A DNA stretch of 62,505 nt, the filler included. It is 6 parts of 6 records of this genome, joined end to end, with 100 filler letters (N's around TTAATTAATTAA, not from the genome) between each part and the next. Parts side by side here need not be neighbours in the genome. Positions count along the whole stretch, not along the records: positions 1 to 13,443 come from DRR723986_29041; 5 more parts are not named here. One strand, 5' to 3'. The notes beneath the pieces were generated by a model, which made no database searches, had not been told where the DNA came from, and saw nothing but the letters and a program-made list of their open reading frames with translations. Both the position numbers and the translations under genes were made by a program. Of the stretch, positions 1-7,679 are shown piece after piece; the stretch's first letter is position 1, and each line of letters begins with the position of its first letter.

Positions 1-1
1 G

Positions 2-472
2 CATCCCTTGGGCAAATCCCCGATGATCGAAATGGATGGTCAGTTGATCACCGAATCCGCCGCCATCGTCGAACTGATCTGCGCCGCCCACGGTCCGCAC
101 ATGATCCCCGCCACCGGCACTCCCGACTACATCCGCCACCTAGAACTGATGCACTTTGCCGAAGGGTCCGTGATGACGCCGATCCTGCTCAACCTCTATG
201 TCGGCCTGCTGGGCGAGGCAGGCGCCCCCCTGCACCCCCGCATCCAGCAGGAACTGACCAGCCACTTTGCCTATATGGAAAGCCTGCTGCGTCCCTCGGG
301 TCACTTTGTGCTGGATGACCTGTCCGCCGCGGATATCATGCTCAGCTTTCCCGCCGGTGTTGTCGCCCGTCTGGGCCGCGAGGCTGAATTCCCGAAACTC
401 GCCGCCTTTACCCAAGCCATCCAAGCCCGCCCGGCCTTTCAGCGCGCGCTCAAAGCAGGCGGCGAAGCCTGA
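2..472 (+). CDS. Glutathione S-transferase family protein (5' truncated)
   Basis: Frame reads HPLGKSP...ESAAI (GST N-domain) and LSAADIM (C-domain); runs off the window start. Confidence 0.9.
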   Translation, partial: HPLGKSPMIEMDGQLITESAAIVELICAAHGPHMIPATGTPDYIRHLELMHFAEGSVMTPILLNLYVGLLGEAGAPLHPRIQQELTSHFAYMESLLRPSGHFVLDDLSAADIMLSFPAGVVARLGREAEFPKLAAFTQAIQARPAFQRALKAGGEA

Positions 473-641
473 CGTAAAATCTAAAGGCGTGCGCAAAACA
501 GCGCGCGCGCCCAAAAGCTTGCCGAGTGTCAAAGCTCCGACTGACAAAGTGGCCCATAAATGCTCTCCAAAACCCGGCTCCCAATGATCTTACCTTCCAC
601 ATGCCCCTCCTGCGCCTTGCCCCACCACGCATCTTGCCGCG

Positions 642-671
642 AACGGCAGTTGCAAGCCCAACTTGTATCTC
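642..671 (+). repeat. Degenerate copy of a 30-nt imperfect palindrome (AAYGTCCGCT-N10-AGCGGACRTT-like)
   Basis: AACGGCAGTTGCAAGCCCAACTTGTATCTC; left arm and GCCCAA align with the copies at 6172 and 6449. Confidence 0.4.
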
Positions 672-729
672 GGGGTTTCTCGCTGCGGGTGCCCACAGTA
701 TGAGTTCCTGCAGCACTTGGAAAACAACG

Positions 730-759
730 CACCGCAACGCTGAGCTAAAATCGGACATT
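730..759 (+). repeat. Degenerate copy of the 30-nt palindrome (right arm retained)
   Basis: Ends ATCGGACATT, just before the AT-rich segment. Confidence 0.35.
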
Positions 760-985
760 CGTCATCAGCGATCGGACAATGGGTGCCTGTGAACTTTCCA
801 CTATTGGTAATTTTGGAACAGACTGAGTAATAGTTTCACAAGCGAGGCTAAGCCTCAACTCTCGCGCTTGATTAAAAGTGACAAAAACCACCGCTTCAGA
901 TAGCACTCATATAAAGCTTACTCTTTCGAAGAATGCTATCTAACTGGCCCTTTTGAAAAAACCTGAAATAAGGAACACCTGGATA

Positions 986-1651
986 ATGAAGATAAAAATT
1001 CTCGGGATCTTGTCTTCTACCTTTTTAATCTTCTTCCCCTATTCAGTTTTCAGTGAAACCCCCAACTTTGAAGCATCCATACAGATGTTGAAAAACGGAG
1101 AGGTTGAACAGTTTTCAGATATATCAAAAGGCAATCGTACTGCTTTGTTGGAGATGGATGAGAACGGGATAACTCTCTTAGAGTACGCAGTATTTATAAC
1201 TGGTGACGATCAAAACATGCACGGCTACCCACAGGTCGTAATGTCTCTCCTCGATGAGGATTTTGAAGTAAATCCAGAATACAAAGAAACCCTCATTAAA
1301 AGAATTCTTCTGGCAATAAGATCACTCGATAAGAACAAATCTAGAATTGATTTGAGTGATGGTATGAAGAGTATTTTGGACAGATCTGCTTTCGTGGAAT
1401 TACTATCTCACGTAGTCATGATCTCTGGCGATGAGCGCCCCACACTATCAGAAGAACTAGCTATTACTTCCATTCTGCAAATATGCGATAAAAGAAGATA
1501 TTCCAAAAACGACACGAAAAGAGTTAACGTCGAAGCTCTCTCCCAGATATACAGAGCAGTTCCCGATACTCAGCGCTTATTTTTAAAATCATACGTTGAA
1601 ACAAATATCCTTGCTGCTGACTGCATCAAGTCCTTCACAAGAGGTTCATAA
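986..1651 (+). CDS. Secreted hypothetical protein with one ankyrin-like repeat, low GC
   Basis: ATG 986 gives a signal peptide MKIKILGILSSTFLIFFPYSVFS; DENGITLLEYAV...GYPQVVMSLLDEDFEVN resembles the ankyrin consensus. Confidence 0.6.
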   Translation: MKIKILGILSSTFLIFFPYSVFSETPNFEASIQMLKNGEVEQFSDISKGNRTALLEMDENGITLLEYAVFITGDDQNMHGYPQVVMSLLDEDFEVNPEYKETLIKRILLAIRSLDKNKSRIDLSDGMKSILDRSAFVELLSHVVMISGDERPTLSEELAITSILQICDKRRYSKNDTKRVNVEALSQIYRAVPDTQRLFLKSYVETNILAADCIKSFTRGS

Positions 1652-1871
1652 TGGCAACCGAAAGACAAGAAATTATCAGTGGTGCGCCCTCTGGCTGAGG
1701 TGGAAGATGCAGACGGTAATCCCTTGCCGGACTTTGCGCATCCCAAGCCGCTCAAAGACACGCTGAACAAGGGCCGGGTTGTACAGGCGGCACTTAGTGG
1801 CATTTCTGTTCCCGCGGCAGGGCCTCGTGATATGGAAAACTTCCACTCTCATGGATTAGCCGCGCGCACGC

Positions 1872-2216
1872 TCAGTTAAACGATCCAATCCCGTTCAACT
1901 CAGCGCTTTCAACATTGTCCTGCGCGCCAATGCGCGTCACAAACTCTGCCTCTCGCCCCTCGGGCACCGCAAACAACGCAATGCGCAAGCTGTCATCGTC
2001 AAACAACATCTTTTCAAACTGGATGTCTGCACCCGCATCAAGCCGTGCAATGCTCTGCGCAGCCTTTGCCGGATCCTGAAACATCACGATGACCTCGCCG
2101 GGCACAAATTCCACCTGCTCAGCCCCCCCTGCCACAACATTTTGCACCTCGTTCGAGGTCTGCGGCGATCCCGCCATCCCAACTGTCATAGCAACGGCTA
2201 ATAATAAGAACTGCAC
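1872..2216 (-). CDS. Small secreted protein resembling a stand-alone S8 peptidase prodomain (fervidolysin/I9-like)
   Basis: GTG start after a purine-rich RBS; hydrophobic N-terminus; FVPGEVIVMF...VESAELN pattern. Confidence 0.6.
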   Translation of the reverse strand: MQFLLLAVAMTVGMAGSPQTSNEVQNVVAGGAEQVEFVPGEVIVMFQDPAKAAQSIARLDAGADIQFEKMLFDDDSLRIALFAVPEGREAEFVTRIGAQDNVESAELNGIGSFN

Positions 2217-2340
2217 CCGCGCGCCCCTTTTTCCGTGGTTCGAACCGCCGATGTAACCCGCACAAATCAAGTTACAACCCCGCCACACCCCGCCCCCGGG
2301 CACGTGACCAAGGGTCATAACACCCCGCCCAAAATCGCTT

Positions 2341-2357
2341 TGTTACAGAATGTTACA
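2341..2357. promoter_or_regulatory. Direct repeat TGTTACA-N3-TGTTACA, possible OmpR/PhoB-family binding site
   Basis: Perfect heptamer repeat with 10-bp period in a divergent intergenic region. Confidence 0.4.
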
Positions 2358-2466
2358 AAATCGCCCTCATCCCTCACCATCGCGCGAGACAACCGACACG
2401 TCATTGATCCTGCCCCTATCTGCAGGCTTACAGTTCCACAGATACTTTCGATAACGAGGTCCCAAA

Positions 2467-2952
2467 ATGACAACTCGCACCTTCCCGCCCCTCAACGTCC
2501 AGACCCTTGGGCTGATGTTCATCTCTGGCTTTTTTGCCAGCAACGCCTTTGACCTCTGGGGACAGATGATCAGCCCCGCACTGGGATGGGCCAACCTGTC
2601 GCCCCACGGGCTTGCGCGCAGCCTGCTGTCCACGCTTGGCCTGCCCTCGGGCGATTTCGCCGGGTACTTTGTCCACTTCTACCTTGTGGGCCTGATCGGC
2701 TATCCGGTGGGCTGGTTGTTCATCTTTAACCCGATTTGGACCCGCGTCATGGGCCACACCCACTGGTTCCTGCCCTCTGCGATCTATGGCTTTGGTCTGT
2801 GGGTCTTTGCCATCGGTGGCATCACCACAATCGCGGGCCTGCCGTTCTTCCTCGGCTTTACCGGCATCACTTGGGTCGCTCTGGTCGGCCACGTGCTCTA
2901 CGGTATCGTCATGGTTGCCGTCATGCGCCTGATCACTCGCAACGCGGCCTGA
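2467..2952 (+). CDS. Hypothetical membrane protein (about 4 TM)
   Basis: GAGG RBS, hydrophobic segments, host-like codon usage. Confidence 0.8.
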   Translation: MTTRTFPPLNVQTLGLMFISGFFASNAFDLWGQMISPALGWANLSPHGLARSLLSTLGLPSGDFAGYFVHFYLVGLIGYPVGWLFIFNPIWTRVMGHTHWFLPSAIYGFGLWVFAIGGITTIAGLPFFLGFTGITWVALVGHVLYGIVMVAVMRLITRNAA

Positions 2953-2961
2953 TCCGTTTGT

Positions 2962-2997
2962 AAAAACAACCGCCCAAGAGCCAAACCCTTGGGCGGT
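2962..2997 (-). terminator. Intrinsic terminator between convergent genes
   Basis: ACCGCCCAAG/CTTGGGCGGT stem, followed on the minus strand by TGTTTTT. Confidence 0.65.
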
Positions 2998-3004
2998 CTG
3001 CCGT

Positions 3005-4279
3005 TTAACGCTCGGCCACAACCGAACCAAAACCACGCCCCAGACGGCCCCACGCGTACAGCGTCAAAGCCATCGCCCCAATCGCCGCCACCACAAACGG
3101 CATCCCCAGCGCCACCTCACGAGACATGCTGATCTCAGCCACGCTGACAATCACCCCCGACAAGATCAACCCAACCGGCATCATCCCCCAGGCCAACAGG
3201 CGGTAAATACTGTTGACCCGGCCCAGCAGTTCATTCGGGATGGTGCGCTGACGATAAGACACCGACACCGTGTTCCACACCAACCCGGTGAATTCAAACG
3301 CCGCCAGCACGCAGGCCAACGCAATCCCATTGGGCGCCAGCGGGATCGCGATAAACGCAAGACCCGACGCCAGCGTCATCCACTGCGCCGCCGACCCCGG
3401 CCCCATCTTCAGAACAATCCGGTCCGCAACAAAGCCTCCCAGAATGCCGCCCACAGCCCCAGCTGCCAAAATCAAGCCATAGCCCGTGGCCCCCAGCCCC
3501 AGATTTTCCTGCACATACAAAACAAGCGCGATCACCACCATCTGATGCAGCAAATTCCACACCCCGGTCAGCCCTGCGAGCAATCGCAACAACGGCGCGC
3601 CGCGCAGATAATCCACCCCTTGCTTTAGCTCTTCCCGCCAGTGCCCGCCGTTGCTACGATCCGGCGTAAATGTCCCGCGCACCGTCAGCATCAGCCCCAC
3701 CGCCACCACAAAAGCCACCGCATTCAACGCAAACGGCAACCAGATCACCGAGGCGATCAAAAACGCGCCCAGCGCGGGGCCCAACAGCGAATTCCCGACC
3801 AGCTCCACGCTCCAAAGCCGCCCATTGGCGCGCTCTAACTGCGTCGCCGGCACCAGCGCGGGCAACATCGTTTGTGCTGCATTGTCTCGAAACACCTCGG
3901 CAATGCCCACAACCAAGGCACAGCCCAGCAACGCGCCAAACAGCACCGGCATCGACGTGCCATCCCCGGCCGGGGCCGCCAAAGGCAGCGACAGCCAAAT
4001 CACCAGCCCCGCCGCCCCAAACGCCAGCGCCCGCACACAATCCATCGCCAGAATAAGCCGCCGCCGATCCACCCGGTCCGTGATCACCCCCGCAGGCAGC
4101 GCAAACAGAAACCACGGCAACCGCAACGCCACAGGCATCAAGGCAATCATCAACGGATCACGGCTTAGCAGCGACGCAATCCACGCCCAAACCACCACGG
4201 CTATGCCATCGGCCAGATTGGTCATCCCACTGGCCACAATGAACCGCGGCAATGGGTCTAATCGAAACGGGGTCTTCAT
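3005..4279 (-). CDS. MFS transporter (MFS_3/DHA3-like efflux)
   Basis: About 12 TM; motif A GVITDRVDRRR; RQRTIPNELLGRVNS. Confidence 0.9.
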   Translation of the reverse strand: MKTPFRLDPLPRFIVASGMTNLADGIAVVVWAWIASLLSRDPLMIALMPVALRLPWFLFALPAGVITDRVDRRRLILAMDCVRALAFGAAGLVIWLSLPLAAPAGDGTSMPVLFGALLGCALVVGIAEVFRDNAAQTMLPALVPATQLERANGRLWSVELVGNSLLGPALGAFLIASVIWLPFALNAVAFVVAVGLMLTVRGTFTPDRSNGGHWREELKQGVDYLRGAPLLRLLAGLTGVWNLLHQMVVIALVLYVQENLGLGATGYGLILAAGAVGGILGGFVADRIVLKMGPGSAAQWMTLASGLAFIAIPLAPNGIALACVLAAFEFTGLVWNTVSVSYRQRTIPNELLGRVNSIYRLLAWGMMPVGLILSGVIVSVAEISMSREVALGMPFVVAAIGAMALTLYAWGRLGRGFGSVVAER

Positions 4280-4317
4280 ACTCTCACACGCACCTTTGTT
4301 AATGTTCAGCGCTTTAC

Positions 4318-4348
4318 TCTGTAATTCCTCAAGTCAACTTGAGATCAA
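4318..4348 (-). promoter_or_regulatory. SoxR-type promoter/operator for the MFS gene
   Basis: Minus strand TTGATC-TCAAGTTGACTTGAGGAAT(19 bp)-TACAGA; the dyad CTCAAG-N4-CTTGAG matches the soxS SoxR box. Confidence 0.8.
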
Positions 4349-4471
4349 TCCCTAAATTCCCAAATGGCAAATTCCTAAAGTCGGTCCGCACAACGTGTTG
4401 GTCAATATTCGTGCGATCACCGACATACAGGCTCACTGCACATCACAATACCCGCCCTTCAGCAACGTCAC

Positions 4472-4777
4472 TCAATTGGCACCCCCATGATACCGGCCAA
4501 TGGCAATGCAGATCGCAGCGATAACGAACGCGATCACGCCGCCCCAAACACCCGCAGCAAGCCACGAAATGGCGTGTCTCATGAGACGCAGCAGCATCGG
4601 TGCCCCGATCCCCCAACACGTGACAAAAGCAATAGGAAGACCAAGCCCTGCCGCCCAAGGCAAAATGGACGGATTTGAAAAAAGTGCAGGCCCCACAATT
4701 GCCAGCCACCCAAGGATCGCCGCAAGGTTCACTGCCCGCCTAAGATCTTTTTTGCTGTATGGGCTGGTCTCTTTCAT
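4472..4777 (-). CDS. Small hypothetical membrane protein, possibly C-terminally truncated
   Basis: Three hydrophobic segments; stops shortly after the last TM. Confidence 0.55.
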   Translation of the reverse strand: MKETSPYSKKDLRRAVNLAAILGWLAIVGPALFSNPSILPWAAGLGLPIAFVTCWGIGAPMLLRLMRHAISWLAAGVWGGVIAFVIAAICIAIGRYHGGAN

Positions 4778-4943
4778 CTTGCCAACTTTTGTCGCAGCTT
4801 TTCGCTCAAGCTAATCTCCAGGATCGGCTCGCAGACATGTCATGAACCGAACATCCCGCAAATGAAGCACACCCGATCTTCGCAATCACCAACCCTCCTC
4901 AAGCCGGTGATCGCGCCCCTTGCCTCTCACTCAGACCCCAGCC

Positions 4944-5552
4944 CTATTTATGACCCCAATCATCCGGATCATCCGAGTTGTTCGGTGACAATCCCAAAAT
5001 GTCCCCCTTGGTCGAACACCCCAACCCCAGAACCGTCCGGTTTGCATAGGAAAAATACGCACACAGCTGGTTGATCTCCAACACCTCGCCATCGTCATAG
5101 CCCACGGCCCGCAGCGCATTCACATCCGCCTTGACCATCTCCGCCGGGGCCTCGGTCAACTTGCGCCCATAGAGCAACGCCGCCACCTGCGCCTCGTCCA
5201 ACGGCACATCCGTCAGATCCCGCGTCTCTAACGCTGCCCGGATCGCCAGCCCGCGGGCCTCGTCGCCCAGCTCGCGCTGCATCCCCTGAAAATGATGTTC
5301 CACACAATAAGCGCACCCGTTCAGCGAACTAACCCACACCCCCAAGGTTTCCAGAAACCACTTGGGCAGCGTATTGCCGGTGTGATGCAACACGTTCTTA
5401 TACAGAACCATGTGCCCTTCCATCGTATGAGGGCGCAAACTGTGCGACATCATGATGTTATCAACGTTGTTATCCGGCCCCGTGACCCGCTGATACAACT
5501 TCTTCAGCTTCCCCGTCGCCTCTTCAAACGGCACCGTTTTAATCCAGACCAT
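4944..5552 (-). CDS. Peroxidase-related AhpD/CMD family protein
   Basis: SSLNGCAYCVEHH motif; GAGGAGG RBS before ATG 5552. Confidence 0.88.
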   Translation of the reverse strand: MVWIKTVPFEEATGKLKKLYQRVTGPDNNVDNIMMSHSLRPHTMEGHMVLYKNVLHHTGNTLPKWFLETLGVWVSSLNGCAYCVEHHFQGMQRELGDEARGLAIRAALETRDLTDVPLDEAQVAALLYGRKLTEAPAEMVKADVNALRAVGYDDGEVLEINQLCAYFSYANRTVLGLGCSTKGDILGLSPNNSDDPDDWGHK

Positions 5553-5708
5553 GCGGCCTCCTCCCCTCAATCCGATTGCATTGCCAGCACCCTAGCCACA
5601 ATACCCACCCACTGCGAGGCCCAATAAATCCCCACAATTGCGCCGCTGCCCCGGCTGACCTACCCTCGCAACAGGACCGCCAAACGCCCCAACCCCCGGA
5701 GCCCCCGC

Positions 5709-6125
5709 ATGATTGCCTACGTCACCGTCGGAGCCGACGACATCCCCCGCGCCAAACGCTTCTATTGCGCCTTTCTGCCCGCCCTGAACTACACCCTGAC
5801 CCAAGGCCCCGAGGGGCTCAGCTACGCCCTGCCCGTCCCCGCAGGCCAATCGCCTGTGCTACCAGATTTCTACGTAAAACCCACCTTCGACGGCCGCCCC
5901 GCCACCCCCGGCAACGGCACCATGGTCGCGTTCGAGGCCAAATCCCAAACCCAAGTCCGTACCCTCCACGCCGCCGCCCTCGCAGCAGGCGGCACAGACG
6001 AAGGCCAACCCGGCTTCCGCCCCAGCTACGGCCCCACCTTCTACGTCAGCTACCTGCGCGACCCCCAAGGCAACAAAGTCGCCCTCTTCTCCAGCAACCC
6101 CAATGATCCCAACCGGGACGGGTGA
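5709..6125 (+). CDS. VOC (glyoxalase/bleomycin resistance) family protein
   Basis: MIAYVTVGADD, GNGTMVAF, YLRDPQGNK. Confidence 0.9.
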   Translation: MIAYVTVGADDIPRAKRFYCAFLPALNYTLTQGPEGLSYALPVPAGQSPVLPDFYVKPTFDGRPATPGNGTMVAFEAKSQTQVRTLHAAALAAGGTDEGQPGFRPSYGPTFYVSYLRDPQGNKVALFSSNPNDPNRDG

Positions 6126-6171
6126 AGTGAGGGTTACCGGGGCAAAAGAGGATGGAGCCGATCTATACGTA

Positions 6172-6201
6172 AATGACCACTTCCAGCCCAAAGCGGACCT
6201 T
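6172..6201 (+). repeat. 30-nt imperfect palindrome copy, left of the small ORF
   Basis: AATGACCACTTCCAGCCCAAAGCGGACCTT; 15 nt identical to 6461-6475. Confidence 0.7.
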
Positions 6202-6250
6202 GTACTGATCGCAATCGGCGCTAAAGTCTCGGCGATCAATGGGGGTGCAC

Positions 6251-6460
6251 ATGACCGTATTAGAAAGTGTGATAGAGCTTGTGGAAGGCATTTCACCCAA
6301 GTGTATTTGTGACGACTGCATTAGCCAAAAGCTTGAGCTGTCCGTCCGACAACATGCCAACCACAAAACTAGAGGATTGGCCAACACTCATAAGTTCCAA
6401 AGAACGAAGAGGGTTTGTTGCTATTGCGGCGTGGCTAAGTTGTCGATCAGTTTCGGCTAG
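6251..6460 (+). CDS. 69-aa Cys/His-rich putative zinc-binding protein
   Basis: GGGGG RBS then ATG 6251; CICDDC...HANH...CCYC. Confidence 0.65.
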   Translation: MTVLESVIELVEGISPKCICDDCISQKLELSVRQHANHKTRGLANTHKFQRTKRVCCYCGVAKLSISFG

Positions 6461-6478
6461 CAGCCCAAAGCGGACGTG
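6449..6478 (+). repeat. 30-nt imperfect palindrome copy overlapping the stop codon of the small ORF
   Basis: AGTTTCGGCTAGCAGCCCAAAGCGGACGTG. Confidence 0.7.
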
Positions 6479-6527
6479 GTGTTTCAGCACCAAGGGCGGG
6501 GTTCCGCCGTTCTCTGCGCAACGCTCC

Positions 6528-6557
6528 AATGACAGTTTTGCGCGCAGCGCCGACGTT
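6528..6557 (+). repeat. 30-nt imperfect palindrome copy, left edge of the signalling island
   Basis: AATGACAGTTTTGCGCGCAGCGCCGACGTT. Confidence 0.55.
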
Positions 6558-6736
6558 GCACGTCTATTGGGTTGTGCTGACTTGCGTTTGTAGAGAAATC
6601 TTCATTTTTTTCGCTGGACCCAGAAATGGAGATTCTTCCCAAATAGAATGAAATTTGCATCAAGAAGGAGGCGAAGCGAACTGAGCGGTTTCTTCGTAAG
6701 CCGAGGATATCCCCAAACAAACCAAAATTGGTTAAC

Positions 6737-7450
6737 TTACTCAGGATCGCGAAGCAAATACCCGACGCCTCTTATCGTTTCAAAGTTTTTGTCTAAGTCC
6801 GGGCAGATCGAAAGCTTTTTTCGCAAGCGGCTCACCAACCCATCGATGGATCTGTCGTTTCCGGCCCAGTCGCAACCTCTGATCGAATGTATGAGTTGCT
6901 CCCTGCTTAGCACTCGATTACGCCCCTTTAGGAAAGATAGCCAAAGGTCGAATTCCAGCTTTGTTAGCTGGATGTGATCCCCGGACGGATCAAACACCTT
7001 GCGAGCCTTTAGGTCAGTGCACACACCTTGGTAAATGATCTCAGACGATTTCAACTGAGCCGCCTGATCTGGCGCATTCCTATGCTTCATTCTACGGAGC
7101 AAACTTTTGATCCGTGCAACAAGTTCTGCCCTCGTGAAGGGCTTTACGACATAGTCATCTGCGCCGAGTTCCAAGGCAACAATCTTGTCCACTTCGTCGA
7201 GCTTACCAGACAGCACCACGATACCACCGGAACAGGAGCGACGGATATTTCTGATAACTTCATGTCCGTGGCCATCCGGCAGCAGAAGGTCCACAATGTA
7301 TAGATCAAAGGGGTTATCTTTTACCTTTTGTTCGGATTGCAGCAGTGTTCGGGCAAAAGTCACACTGAACCCCTGTTCATGCAAAACTTCAGCAACTTCT
7401 TCGGCAAGCGGAATATCGTCATCTACAATCAGTATGTTAGTTTGCTGCAT
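6737..7450 (-). CDS. OmpR/PhoB-family response regulator (TorR/ArcA-like)
   Basis: ILIVDDD, IVDLLLPD, GADDYVVKPF, winged-helix end ETIRGVGY. Confidence 0.92.
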   Translation of the reverse strand: MQQTNILIVDDDIPLAEEVAEVLHEQGFSVTFARTLLQSEQKVKDNPFDLYIVDLLLPDGHGHEVIRNIRRSCSGGIVVLSGKLDEVDKIVALELGADDYVVKPFTRAELVARIKSLLRRMKHRNAPDQAAQLKSSEIIYQGVCTDLKARKVFDPSGDHIQLTKLEFDLWLSFLKGRNRVLSREQLIHSIRGCDWAGNDRSIDGLVSRLRKKLSICPDLDKNFETIRGVGYLLRDPE

Positions 7451-7567
7451 TCGATGGCCTACCTAAAGTGAGCTTGTGCTATTCAGAACTTTTTACCCGA
7501 CCTAAGTGACCACCATGAGGTGATCTACCCAAAAAGTGTTGTTTGTACGCAATCTATACGAATTTGC

Positions 7568-7627
7568 ACACAAACTATACTTTAGGTGACGTAGCTTACA
7601 CAAACCTATATTGTCACAAAGGTTTGT
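7568..7627. promoter_or_regulatory. Repeats in the divergent RR/HK promoter region
   Basis: ACACAAAC at 7568 and 7598; inverted ACAAACCT (7600) / AGGTTTGT (7620). Confidence 0.35.
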
Positions 7628-7679
7628 CGTGGCAACTAACCGAACGACTCCGCCTGAACAAAGAGTCTTGTACGCATCT

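Noticed and set aside
1652-1879. 66-aa ORF or possible gene remnant after the ankyrin-like gene
   Set aside because: No recognisable motif or RBS; cannot be supported as a gene or pseudogene without a search.
6172-6557. 30-nt palindromic repeats as a CRISPR array
   Set aside because: The copies are degenerate and irregularly spaced (277 and 79 nt), one interval holds a gene, and no cas genes are present.
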